From NCBI GenBank assembly GCA_951406725.2, contig OX597818.1, positions 123,008,001-123,072,000 on the forward strand: a stretch of 64,000 bases of DNA, given 5' to 3'. Below, piece by piece: positions 11,942-25,721 of this stretch. Origin of the DNA: Octopus vulgaris. Taxonomy: Eukaryota. The translations under genes and the position numbers were made by a program. Numbering within the stretch: the stretch's first letter is position 1; each line of letters starts with the position of its first letter. A model generated the notes under the pieces. It was not told the origin of the DNA. It ran no database searches and saw only the letters and a list, made by a program, of their open reading frames with translations.

Positions 11942-12238
11942 CAAGCAGTATCGCCCGGCGTTGTTCGGGTTTGTAAGGGAAATAACTATATAAGCATTTT
12001 TAGAGAGTTATAGCCAAAAAATAGCAAAAAAATGCATTAAAAATGGAAAAGAAATTATGGTAAATTTTTTTTTAAATCGTTGACTCATCGTAGACGCGCG
12101 CTAATACCCAGAAGGGCTCGATATGAATCACGACTATAAGATACCCGGTTTTGGTTAAACTGCACCGCAAAATGTGGGAGTAGTTAGGAATCTAAATCGT
12201 AGGAGACAGACACACAACTTGACTTTTATATATAAAGT
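11942..12238 (-). mobile_element. Non-autonomous Helitron, family A, copy 2 (both termini mutated)
   Basis: Highly similar to 10219-10584; minus-strand 3' end CTTG, 5' end AC. Confidence 0.85.
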
Positions 12239-12350
12239 TATACTTGTGTTCATCGACATATTTATACGTGTGTTGGAAATATTGGTTTCAAAAGTTGGCA
12301 CCTGGCCAGCAATTTCGAGGGAGGAGGTAAGTCGATTACATCGAGTCCAG

Positions 12351-12670
12351 TGCTCGTGAAATTAACGTGTAAGTGGCTGAGCACTCCACAGACACGTGCA
12401 CCCTTAACGTAGTTCTCGGGGATATTCAGCGTGACACAGAGAGTGACAAGGCCGGCCCTTTGAAATACAGGTACAACAGAAACAGGAAGTAAGAGTGAGA
12501 GAAAGTTGTGGTGAAAGAGTACAGCAGGGATCACCACCATCCCTGCCGGAGCCTCATGGAGCTTTAGGTGTTTTCGCTCAATAGACACTCACAACGCCCG
12601 GTCTGGGAATCGAAACCGCGATCCTACGACCGCGAGTCCGCTGCCCTAACCACTGGGCCATTGCGCCTCC
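12351..12670 (-). mobile_element. SINE S1 (OR-like), tail A, 3'-truncated
   Basis: Reverse complement of 5447-5770. Confidence 0.9.
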
Positions 12671-12756
12671 ATTTTAGAATTAATTACATTTTAAATATTG
12701 TGATTATCATTTCTTTCTTTTTTTTTTTTTTTTTGCAAAATTTTCTAAATATAAAC

Positions 12757-13810
12757 ATGGTCTGATCAATAACTATCGGACAGTTGCCACAGTAACGAAG
12801 CTATTGCGCACAAAGTAAAGCTCTTCGGCTCAGATTGATCTTGCCCTCCGCTGTTCATACGCACTAAGTTTTAATATTCTAGCTCACTTCCACTGTTTAC
12901 AGCAGTGTTTGGAATGAAGGTGTGTAGCGTATGATCGTCACGTTGACCACGACAGAGAAAGTTGTGCAGAGAATCTGCATCAAATTTTACCAAAAGCTTG
13001 GCGATACCTGCTCAGAGGCCTACGCAAAGTTTTCAAGAAGTTTTCTTCGTTCCAGACATAATCAGGAGACCCTGTGCAACTGAAACCCAAATGTCCTCTT
13101 GGTCAGCTGAAAGCAGTTTTAGCCCAAACTTGCCAGACACGCGTCTTATACCCAAATCCTCAGTGATAATAGGCAGAACAGAGCCATAACTAATCTGCAC
13201 ATCCTCTGATAACTCACGGATGGTGATTCGACGATTTTCCCTCAAAAGTGTACGCACATCTGCGATGTCTTTCTCAGTTATGTTGGTTGCGAGTCTCCCA
13301 AAATGTTCGTCAATATCTATTTCTTTACTACCCACAAGGGGCTACACACAGAGGACAAACAAGGACAGACAAACGGATTAAGTCGATTATATCGAGCCCA
13401 GTGCGTAACTGGTACTTATTAAACCGACCCCGAAAGGATGAAAAGCAAAGTCTACCACGGCGGAATTTGAACTCATAACGTAAAGACAGACGAAATACCG
13501 CTAAGCAAACTTTTCTGTCAATATCGACGTCTTGGAAACGTCTGAACGACTTGCACGCTTCTGTGCGACTCATACATTCCTCTCCATTTCCTCGCCATGA
13601 CAACTTTCCCATTCATGGTAAATGCGACGATTACACGGTACACACCTTCCTTCCAAGCACTGCTGTTCACAACGGAAGTGAGCTAGTACGTTAAAACTTA
13701 GTGTGCATGGACATCAGAGTGCAAGGTCAGCCTTTGCCAACGGGCTTTACTCCGTGTGCTTCAGCTTCGTTACTATTGCAACAGTCCGGAAACTTATTTA
13801 TCAGACCTCC
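12757..13810. mobile_element. Decayed mariner-family element built from two inverted left ends, with transposase HTH remnant on minus strand
   Basis: Both ends begin ggtctgat.aataa.t...cggac.gttgc..agtaacgaagct; ORF 13033-13335 has mariner N-terminal features (ENRRITIRELSEDVQISYGSV..IITEDLGIRRVS). Confidence 0.8.
13318..13516 (-). mobile_element. tRNA-derived SINE family S3, inserted in the mariner relic (related copies ~2296-2440, 16752-16970, 20364-20508)
   Basis: 9-bp TSD GTCAATATC (13309-13317, 13517-13525); B box gagttcaaattcc on minus strand. Confidence 0.85.
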
Positions 13811-13939
13811 TATGTGGCTGTGTAATAAGAAACTTGCTTGACAGCCACATAGATCCGGTTCAGTCCCCCTCCATGGGACCTCGGGGCAAGTAAAGCTTTG
13901 AGAGCGGATTTTTGGGTGTAAACAGAAAGAAACCTGTCG

Positions 13940-14111
<172 letters not shown>

Positions 14112-14266
14112 TATATATATATATAAAAAATTCCACGTAAACCCGAAGTTTCTATCTTTAAAAATAAGGAGTTACAACCTCTTGAGTGATTTTTTGCTAC
14201 CCTGGTAACTATTTATCTATTTTTCCGTGTTAATTGTTAACAAGAGAAAATATATATATAAATATA

Positions 14267-14324
<58 letters not shown>

Positions 14325-15282
14325 TATATATGTATATATATTATATGTGTATATTATATATATATATATATACGTATGTATTCATATATGTATATATATA
14401 TACATATACATGTGTGTATACAGACACACACACACAAACGAATACATACACGCTCGCGTGCGGACAAATACACACACAACTTGTAATTATATCATTAGAT
14501 AAAACCAAGCATATTTTCACTCAAGTCTCTTGTCATAGAGCTGACATCATTGACATTAGATGCCAATAACCAACGTGTAGGAACTCGGCATTTTAAAGAA
14601 GAAAAAAAAGTCAGATAAGAACATCGCCAAGACAAAATATTAGAGAAATAAATGTATATATACACATCATCTCCAAGGTCAGACTGTGATATTGTATCTG
14701 CTGAGAAACAAAAGTCTTGTACATGAAATACTGCAAAAGTATTTAAGGCAGGGTTTCTTGTGGAAGACTTTGCACGGCTTATGGTAGCATGGGACGCTGT
14801 ATTAAGGCTTGGCTTGCGTTAAAATATTTACTAAAACTATGCAGAAGCAGAAGAAAAAAAAAAAACTGTTCTAAGAATCAATGGCAAGTTGACCTTACGT
14901 GTATATACAAGAAAATAGATATCATTTCTTCATGTTTTGCATTAAATAAGCATTTCCTTCTTCCTTCATTTCTTTCATTTCCTTGTTTTTTTTTTTGTGT
15001 TTTTTCATTATTGCTTTTCCACTTTATCGTTCGTTCTTTCTTTTTGGTAAGTAATGTGTGTTTTGTTTTCTTGCCGTTATTTTCTAGTTTCTTATTGTTT
15101 TAATAATTCTTTTGTTGTCTCCGTTTTCTTTTTTGTTTTTTTTGTTTTTTTGTTTTTGCTTTGTTTGTTTTTTGTCTTTTTTTCACCATTTCCAAGAGAT
15201 CTCAAATTTGACAATTATAATTGCTAATCTCTCCTTCGCTGAAGTTTACTTGGTGGCAGATGGAGAAAGAAAGAGGGAAAGC

Positions 15283-15320
<38 letters not shown>

Positions 15321-15336
15321 AAGACATGATACGTAT

Positions 15337-15369
15337 ATATATGCACACGCAAATCTATATATATGTTAT

Positions 15370-15455
<86 letters not shown>

Positions 15456-15500
15456 GTATGTATGTATATAACATATATATAGATTTGCGTGTGCATATAT
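15337..15500. repeat. Palindrome centred on (TA)n
   Basis: atatatgcacacgcaaatctatatatatgttatatacatac... mirrored by ...gtatgtatataacatatatatagatttgcgtgtgcatatat. Confidence 0.9.
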
Positions 15501-15544
15501 CATGTATACGCACACATATTTATGTGTGCGTGTGTACGCATAGA

Positions 15545-15616
<72 letters not shown>

Positions 15617-16293
15617 TATATAAATATATATATATGTATATATGTATATATAATATAATATATGTATATATATGTATAAATAATATAATATAATTATATA
15701 TCTATACTTATACATATATATACATTCATATATATATATATACACATACATATACATACACACATATATGCATATATATATATATATATATGTGTGTCTG
15801 TATGTATGTATTCACGCACACATACAGATACATACACACACATAAGCACAATTACATAATAAACAGACACATATATGTTAACCTGCTCCTTCGTGTATGC
15901 CTGTACACATGACTATGTAGGTATATAGATAATTGTAAAGTCACTACAAGAAGAGAGAGAAAGAAGAAAAAAAGGAAGAGAGAAGAAAAAAGCAGATTCG
16001 TTACGATGTCAGCTTCTGAAATGATGAATCACCAGTTTGTATTCCGTTACCAGCGTTACACAGATATCAGCGTTAAGCTTCAAATAAACCAGTTTGCCTG
16101 CTCATAAACGAAACCATGAATATATTGAGTCCTGCCACGTGTTGAAGCGGTAGCTATTGACAATTATATTCTTGGTTGGCTGTTTTAAGCTGAAATTGTC
16201 GTGTGCGCGTATGTTCATGCGTATATGCACGTACACATACACACACACACACATATATATATATGTGTGTGTTTGTGCGTGTGTGTGCGTGTG

Positions 16294-16585
16294 TGGAGGC
16301 GCAATGGTCCAGTGGTTAGGGCAGCGGACTCGCGGTCGTAGGATCGCGGTTTCGATTCCCAGACCGGGCGTTGTGAGAGTTTATTGAGCGAAAACACCTA
16401 AAAGCTCCACGACGCTCCGGCAGGGGGTAGTGATCCCTGCTGTACTCTTTCACCACTCTTTCTTCCGTTGGCCTGCTCGCTTAGCCAGCGGGGTGGCGTC
16501 ATTCGAAAGCTAAAACAATGCGAAGACATTGTGACCAGCGATGTGTAACAATATCTGATGGTCTGGTCGGTCACGTGATGACGTG

Positions 16586-16586
<1 letters not shown>
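16294..16586 (+). mobile_element. SINE S1 head with alternative tail B
   Basis: Same tRNA-Arg head as 5447, but tail ...ctgatggtctggtcggtcacgtga; same tail type at 62287-62569. Confidence 0.85.
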
Positions 16587-16626
<40 letters not shown>

Positions 16627-17008
16627 TATCATATATATATATATATATATATATGCACGCACACACACGCACACACATATATATATATATATGCGTAATT
16701 GTCTGTATGTTCGTGAATGTGTGTGTTGTATTAATCTCAGTATTTCGCTTAGGGCGGCGAGATGGTTGAAACGTTGCTGTATCACGCAAAACACTCAACG
16801 GTATTTCGTCCGTATGTATGTTGAGTTCAGACTCGGCCAAGGTCCACTTTGCCAATCATCCTTTGTGGACATTAAAATAAGCTAGGTGACAACTAGGGTC
16901 GACGTAATTGACTTATCGACAGCGGCGCAATTAAAGGCCTTGAACTAAATTGTACTAAATTTCGAAACCAATTAATATTTCGCCAGATTACTGCAACACT
17001 AATAATGT

Positions 17009-17388
17009 GGGATGGAAGCACTCCGTCGGTTACGACGACGAGGGTTCCGGTTGATCCGAATCAACGGAACTCGTGAAATTAACGTGTAAGTGGCAGAGCA
17101 CTCCACAGACACGTGTACCCTTAACGTAGTTCTCGGGGATATTCAGCGTGACACAGAGAGTGACAAGGCCGGCCCTTTGAAATACAGGTACAACAGAAAC
17201 AGGAAGTAAGAGTGAGAGAAAGTTGTGGTGAAAGATTACAGCAGGGATCACCACCATCTCCTGCCGGAGCCTCGTGGAGCTTTAGGTGTTTTCACTCAAT
17301 AAACACTCACAACGCCCGGTCTGGGACTCGAAACCGCGATCCTATGACCGCGAGTCCGCTGCCCTAACCACTGGCCCATTGCGCCTCC
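17009..17388 (-). mobile_element. SINE S1, tail A, near full length with TSD
   Basis: 13-bp TSD acactaataatgt at 16996-17008 and 17389-17401. Confidence 0.92.
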
Positions 17389-17618
17389 ACACTAATAATG
17401 TAATATTATAATGAAACGTAGATATGCTTGTGAAAAAAGTGTTAGTCAAATACAGAGCTTAGGCATGTCTGTGTGGTAAAAAGCTTACTTACCATCCACA
17501 TGGTTCCAGGTTCAGTCCCACTCTGTGGCACCTTGGGTGAGTATCTTCTACTATAGCTTGGAGTCGACCAAATGTTTCTGAGTGGATTTGGTAGACGGAA
17601 ACTGAAAGAAGCCTGTCG

Positions 17619-17680
<62 letters not shown>

Positions 17681-18042
17681 TGTGTGTTGTGTCTGTTTAT
17701 CACACCATTATCACTTGACAACCGATGTTGGTGTGTTTACGGCACCGCAACTTGGCGGTTCGACAAAGACCCGATAGAATAAGTTCTACGCTTACAACTA
17801 ATAAGTGCTGGGGGTCGACTGAAAACCCTTATAGGTGGTACTCCAGCATGGACACAGCTGAATGACTGAAACCGGTAAAATGATAAAAGAATGTGTGTAT
17901 ATATATATTTTTTTTTTTCTAGTTTCAGCTCAGATCTGCGGCCATGCTGATACACTGTCGTTTTGTGCTACACTGTTATTGCGAAGAACCTCGTCTAATA
18001 TGTGGCACATGGTGAAGAATGGAGTTTGATATAGCTACTCTC

Positions 18043-18095
<53 letters not shown>

Positions 18096-18102
18096 TATAT
18101 AT

Positions 18103-18164
<62 letters not shown>

Positions 18165-18168
<4 letters not shown>

Positions 18169-18427
18169 TATATATTTATAAATATATATATATATATATA
18201 ATATATTAATAAATGAATATATATATATATATATACGTTCTTTTTTTGTTTCAGTCATTTGACTGCGGCCATACTGGAGCAGCGTATTCAGTCGAACAAA
18301 TCGACCCCAGGACATATGCTTTGTAATCATAGTACTTACTTATTCTATCGGGCTCTTTTGCCGAACCGCTAGGTTAAGGGTATGTAAACACCAACATCCG
18401 ATGGGGTGCCAACACGAACACACATAT

Positions 18428-18487
<60 letters not shown>

Positions 18488-18744
18488 TATATATTTATAA
18501 ATATATATATATATATAATATATTAATAAATGAATATATATATATATATATACGTTCTTTTTTTGTTTCAGTCATTTGACTGCGGCCATACTGGAGCAGC
18601 GTATTCAGTCGAACAAATCGACCCCAGGACATATGCTTTGTAATCATAGTACTTACTTATTCTATCGGGCTCTTTTGCCGAACCGCTAGGTTAAGGGTAT
18701 GTAAACACCAACATCCGATGGGGTGCCAACACGAACACACATAT

Positions 18745-18770
<26 letters not shown>
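18165..18770. repeat. Tandem duplication (period ~317 bp) of a SINE S2 3' half plus TA arrays
   Basis: tacgttc...cacatattac repeated apparently identically at 18234 and 18551. Confidence 0.9.
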
Positions 18771-18820
<50 letters not shown>

Positions 18821-18916
18821 TGTGTGTATACACGATGGTCTTCTTTCAGTTTCCGTCAAATCCACTGAAGGTGCCATACCACACATCCACTCCTGTGTAT
18901 ATGTAGATATATCGTG

Positions 18917-19164
18917 GCACCCCGTCGGTTACGACGACATGGGCTCAAGTTGATCCGATCAACAGGTACAAATGAAACAGGAAGAATGAGTGTGAGAAGT
19001 TGTGGGGAAAACGTACAGTGGAGTTCGCAACCACCCACTGCTGGAGCCTCGTGGAGCTTTAGGTGTTTTCGCTCAATAAACACTCACAACGCCTGGTCTG
19101 GAAATAGAACCGCGATCCTACGACCGCGAGTCCGCAGCCCTAACTACTGGGCCATTGCGCCTCC
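18917..19164 (-). mobile_element. SINE S1, tail A, diverged and internally deleted
   Basis: Head and tail match 5447-5832. Confidence 0.8.
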
Positions 19165-20029
19165 ACATGTATATATATATTCTTTTGTGGTTATTTTCTC
19201 GTATTTGCTTCAGTCAATAGACTAGTGCCATGCTGAGGCACCACCTTGAAGTGTTTAGTCGAGCAAATCCACATCAAATTATTTATCTTCCGTTTTTGCC
19301 GAATTCTAATGTTATAGGGACGCAAACAAACGAAAAGCAGTTGATAAGCGATATTGGGAGATGAGTAAACACAAAGACTCGCGCGCGCACACACACACAC
19401 ACACACACAACACCGGCACACGCTCATATACATGCATACATACATATATATATGTATATATATATATATATTTGTGTGTGTGTGTGTGTGTTCGTACACG
19501 GGTCCATCCAACAACGACCATCCCACTTATGCCGTCCACGTGCAGGACTCCAACTAGATGCCTCCAACTACATCCTAGTCTGCCTCCGTCGCCAGATGAT
19601 CCCATCGCTGCAGCACTTGCAGAGAGGATGAAAGAATGAAAGATGAAAGGCGAAGCTTGTGCTATGAAAAGTTTAAGATGCCGGAGAGGATGCACAGCTC
19701 TCAGCTGCACGCACTTGTCAGAGGTGAGGGGGCCTTAAATGACAAGAGAAGTCTCGAGACGATTGACCTTTGTCTTCTGCTGCAACGAGTTACCGGAGTT
19801 GATGGATAGGGTCCTAAGCTCTGCCTTAGGACCAGTCCGTCTGGTCCTGTTCACTGGCTTCCTGCCGCAAGCTGCCGGATCTCCAGTTTGTAGTAGTCCG
19901 CCTTTATAGCCAGCTTGCACGGTATCACCCTCAACTGCATTCACTAGGAACAGATCCGCCGTTGGGGACTTGCAATATCAGAACCCATTTAGCCACGTTT
20001 TCGGGCTCTAAGTATATATATAAAAGTAA

Positions 20030-20134
20030 ATCTTTCCTTCTCCTATGTTTCCGACGAAGAGCTCCGCTCGAAACGTTATATATTTGTTCCACGTCCTCGC
20101 GTTGTTGTGTTTTTTTGTGCTTTCTTGTTTGGAT

Positions 20135-20140
<6 letters not shown>
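20030..20140 (+). mobile_element. HHR-bearing short repeat H1, deleted copy
   Basis: tcctatgtttCCGACGAagagctccgctcGAAAcgtt; tail shared with 21483 and 51936. Confidence 0.75.
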
Positions 20141-20225
<85 letters not shown>

Positions 20226-20504
20226 TTACATATCAAAAAATACCAAAAAATAATAATAATAAAGGTGCGATGAGTGAATAAGAATTGCATATAAATAATA
20301 TTGTATACAGAAAAGTAAAAGATATGCAAATAAAAGACATAAAATAATATATGTGCGTGTGTATCCGAGGTCGACTTTGCCTTTCACCCTTTCGGGGTCG
20401 ATAAATAAAGTACCAGTTACGCACTGGGATCGATGTAGTAGACGTAATCTCTTTGTCTGTCTTTGTTTGTCCCCTCTGTGTTTAGCTCCTTGTGGGCAAT
20501 AAAG

Positions 20505-20600
<96 letters not shown>

Positions 20601-21482
20601 AGATAGAGACAGAGAGTAAAAATGCACATATACACATAAAGAAAAGGTATATACATATTTACAGATATTTTGTTAGATGGCCGTTGACTATTCAGGAGTT
20701 CATCGGCCATCCTGCAGGATATCCAACAACACACTCTTCACCAAGCAAACCTAGAGGGGTCGCCAGTTTAGTCTCCGACGACCCGACCATGCGACAGGTT
20801 GTACTAGATTACTTGTTACCAGTAGCACTCAAGAGCGACCTGACACAGTATGCATATATACACACGCACGCACGCGCGCACACACGCGAACACAGGCAAA
20901 TACATACACATATAATCATCCCAAGGACCTATAATCCTTTAAAGTTTATTTTCCGATTTATACCAGTGTTCAGTGAAAACTAAATACTTTAGTTTTGCAT
21001 TGATGTAAATTGATATTTAAAATATTTGTGAATGAGAAAGAAGAAGAAAAAGGAGAAATTGACGTGTAGACATCAGTTTATTCAAAGATATTCCAATCAA
21101 TATAATATGAAACTCTTATATATATACATCCTTTTCCATAACCGATTAGATCAATTAGAGACATTAAAATTAATTTAATTAATTTAAAATTTTTGATATT
21201 GACACTGGCTAATTTCGGGAGAATTTCCTGAAATGAGTTACGTTCCAACGTATTGGACGACCCTTGACAGACTCAGAGGTGTAATATATGAATTTATATA
21301 CGTGTGTGTGTGTGTGTGTGTGTGTATAGAAATATATTATATATGTGCATGGTTGCGACTGTATATATATATATATATATTTATATACATATAATATACA
21401 TATAATATCCATACATAGATGGTAACATATATGTATATATATATATATAGAGAGAGAGAGAGTAAAGAGTATATATATATAC

Positions 21483-21688
21483 TCAAAATGTGACCGCGTG
21501 TGTACCGTTGGCGATTTTTTTTCCTCTGGATCTTTCCTTTTCCTATGTTTCTGGCGAAGAGCTCCGCTCGAAACGTAAAACCCTCCTTCTTCCCTTCCTT
21601 CCTGAGCGTCCAATAATACTATATTTGTTCCACGTCCTCGCGTTGTTGTGTTTTCTCTTTGTGTTTTCATGTTTGGATTAACTTTATA
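21483..21688 (+). mobile_element. HHR-bearing short repeat H1 (pseudo-LTR-like), hammerhead at 21547-21581
   Basis: GTTT-CTGGCGA-A-GAGC-TCC-GCTC-GAAA-CG-TA-AAAC; three copies in window, all adjoining TA arrays. Confidence 0.8.
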
Positions 21689-21689
21689 T

Positions 21690-22109
21690 AGGAGTGGTTC
21701 TGTGGTAAGTAACTTGCTTACCAGCCACATGGTTCCGGGTTCAGTCCCACTGCGTGGCATCTTGGGCAAGTGTCTTCTACTATAGCCTCGGGCCAACCAA
21801 AGTCTTGTGAGTGGATTTGGTAGACGGAAACTGAAAGAAGCCCGTCGTATATATGTATGTATATATATATATATATGTGTGTGTGTATGTTTGTGTGTCT
21901 GTGTTTGCCCCCCCCCTAGCATTGCTTGACAACCGATGCTGGTGTGTTTAAGTCCCCGTCACTTAGAGGTTCGGCAAAAGAGACCGATAGAATAAGTACT
22001 GGGCTTACAAAGAATAAGTCCTGAAGTCGATTTGCTCGACTAAAGGCGGTGCTCCAGCATCGCCGCAGTCAAATGACTGAAACGAGTAAAAGAGTAAATA
22101 GTAAAAGAG
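21690..22109 (+). mobile_element. SINE S2, near full length
   Basis: Reverse complement of 4518-4930. Confidence 0.88.
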
Positions 22110-22373
22110 TATATATATATATACACTTTAAATACGCACATTTCCGTGCACACATGTGCATGTGCAATCGTACATCCATGCACACAAACATATGACTGAA
22201 CATACTTCAGATTTGAATCCTTCAAATTGCATGGGGCGTTTTTTTTTCCGCCATTATTTTTTTTATATATTTGTCAGTGTTTCCCTGTATTTGGTTATTG
22301 AAGCTATACATACGTACATACATACATAATACATACATATACATACATATATACATGCATACAAACATACACT

Positions 22374-22428
<55 letters not shown>

Positions 22429-24930
22429 CACACATATATATATACATACAATACATACATATATGACAAATGAGACCGATATGCATACGTAGTGCTGTGT
22501 TAACGATCCCGCTGTCAGAGTCCATTTTTTCAGCTGAGTACATTCCATTTCTTTTCAAATCCTGTGGATTTATATATCAATCATTTTTAACGAGTAGAAA
22601 AAATAAAAGTAAAAAAAATAAAATTATAGCAATAAGCTTACTGCTAATATTGTCATCGTCATCTACTCCACCTTCAATTATCTTTTATTATCATACATTT
22701 CATCGTCAATATCATCACCACGCATTCTGCCCAGGCATTTACAAAATTACTCCATGCCAGTTCCATAATCCTTTTTATCTCTACTATATTTGTTTTGCAT
22801 TTTGGGATATGGCCAGCTATTTTAGAGTGTGTGTGTGTGTGAGAGTGTTATTCAATACCATTGACACCATTATTTGACTGGTACTTATTTTATCGAGCTC
22901 GTAAGGATGAAAGGCAAATTCGAACACAGCCGCATTTCAGTTCAGAACTCATGAGTACTACTGGTAACATGGAATTCAGTACAATCTATTGCATAGTCGG
23001 GGCATCGGCAATCAAGCTGGCATCTCCACTAGGCTATTCTGGGGAGTTGGGTTGCTAGAAACTCGGTAACACCTGCCGAAAGGGATGGATAAATATAGCG
23101 TAGATTCAGCGGTAATTTAGCAATAGTCGGGGCCTTTAGAAATTACGATTATGGTGTCTGACTGGCTGGAAAACCCCTGGAAATGAAGCACCCCCTCAGC
23201 TTTTATTAAAGCATATTTCTGGGAAGTCATTCTGATGTAAAATCAGATATGCAGAGAAATTCATTGAACATTTTTGAGATATTTTTATTGAGTTTGAGGT
23301 CATAGCGTCTACCACATTCCTGAGGTTGCGACCTATATAAGCACTTTGTATCTAGCCCTGGTTTGTCTCTGCATCATGTCAATAGGGTGGAGTGGGTCTG
23401 TGAGGTGTTGTGCAAGCCTTATTGGACCTAAGATTTTACGTTGCACATTTGGCGGTGAGGCGAGTTTCAGATGCCCGGTTGAATTGTAGGGTACCGTAGC
23501 GCTCATTGAAACCGGGTAAAGCTGAGTGCGGGTGCGATAACCACACACGTGATATTTTGCTTGGGCAATTATCAATAATCAATCAATTATCAATAATTAT
23601 CAATCTTCCTCGGTCACGAGTGGACAGCCATCAGTGTATTTATGTATGTACGCTATTACTGTTCCCAGGTCTACAATGACATGGAGTGGTAGTACTTGTC
23701 AGGGCCACATATATGGGTTCACTATGACGTACGGATGTCTCTTTCGGGTGACCACATTTCTCGTGCCACCATTCAATTTCACGGGACATTCATTCAATGA
23801 GCTGTGACGTTCAATGAAGAGTGATGGCCTAGCCTGTTGGTAGCGCACAGTAAGTTACAATTTTCAGTTGTCACCTATTCCTCCAAGTATGCCTGCCAGT
23901 AAAGGGGTTGAGTAGTTATCTAAAATGGTGTAGACGTAAATTCAGAAATACCATTGACAACGAGGAATCAAAATAAGACGCAACCTTCTGCGAAGATGGC
24001 GTACTCGTTTCAGTGTTTCTTACACACAAACTTTACATATAAAAATGTTTGTCGAAGCAAAATAGTGCAACGAATGCTCCTTTTGCGTTCTTGTATTTAT
24101 GAGCCTTCTTTAAATCAACATACATAGCTTTATTTTGATATACGCTGATTTGTGATTTGCGTGCTTGGAAATCGCAAATGGCACATGCTGACTTAAAAGA
24201 AGCCCAGGCTTAAAGGACTACATTACACAATGCGGTCCTAGATGCACTGTATCCGTTGAATAAATGCTGGAGGGCCACTGCTGGAACATTTATGCGCATA
24301 GGTCTTCTCAACAAAGCCACAAATCCACCAACCCACTCAATAAACCGATTCTACAACCCAACGTTTCTTCATAAACATATAATCAATACCCCTACCCAAC
24401 ACAGTCTTCCAGTACCTACCTCTTTCTATGGCCACCACTGTTTGGTCGTGACAAGCATCATTGCATTCCCATCAACGTCTTTCAATACTACATTTTCAAT
24501 CAACTGCCGAATCAAGTGTCGGAAACATATGTCCATTCTTCTTCGTCTAACATTCCAAATTATCGAGACAATGAATGAAAGAATAAATACAGAAATCAAT
24601 GAAAGATGCTGGCAATTATTCTCGACAATAAAATTTTTACCTTATCGATCTAGCTTACACAGACATATGCTCTCGCACGCACACGCACTCCCCCACACAC
24701 ACACATACATACATACTCACTCACAACGTATATCAAATTTATATATTTATATATCTACGTGCATATGTAATGTGTGTGTATGTGCATGTGTGTGCGTGTA
24801 CATTTCAATATTCGTCACCAGTTTGCCATAGATCCGGCAGATGTATGCATTCTTGTAGTTTAATGTAATATAATGTATTGATGAAAGGAATGTTTCTTTC
24901 AGTTTACACACATACACATACACACACATT

Positions 24931-24966
<36 letters not shown>

Positions 24967-25102
24967 CGCAGGCGTGGCTGTGTGGCAAGAAACGTGCTTC
25001 CCAGCCGTACGGTTCTGGGTTCAGTCCCACTGTATGGTACCATGGGCGACTGATTGGATTTGGTAGACGGAAACTGAAAGAAGACTGTTGTATGTATATA
25101 TA

Positions 25103-25580
25103 CTAGCAGTATAGTTCGGTGTTACCCGGGATTAAGTTAGATTATTAAGCTAATCAAGCGCTTTGTTTCAAACCAAACTAAGTAAGACTGACGTCAAATT
25201 TGAGCGAAATCCGTTGAAATTGGTTAACGTTTGGCTGAAAATGGGTTGCAGACAATTTGATTGGGAAATCCCATAAAGAATTTGGTTTATTGATTTTTTC
25301 CACTCATCAATTGTCTTTTTTTTTTGGTGGTGGGGGGGGGCTTAAAGCATTCAAAGGTCCCATGAGTCCTAAGTAACGCCGACATCAAGTTTGAACAAAA
25401 TACATCAAAATTGGTAAAAGTTATGGTTGAAAATAGGGTGTGGCCAATTTTAGTGAGAAATCCGATAAAGAATCGGTATATCGATTTTTCATACTGATTG
25501 AATGGAAAAACCCAACCCATAAGGAATCAATTTATTGCTTTTCACCCCAAATAGGACTTAAGCGAACACAACATTGCTGA
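25103..25580 (-). mobile_element. Probable diverged non-autonomous Helitron
   Basis: ctagcagtatagttcggtgttacccggg terminus resembles the other Helitron 3' ends; other boundary uncertain. Confidence 0.45.
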
Positions 25581-25721
25581 TTCAGAACATCTATATATAT
25601 ACTTTAAAGTTGGTTTTCTCACCCAACCCAGTTCTGCAGAATCAGTGTCGCAACGGGAACGCATAGAGTTGGGAGTTTGACCTGCAGAAGTGTCGTGTGT
25701 ATGTATGTATGTATATATATA

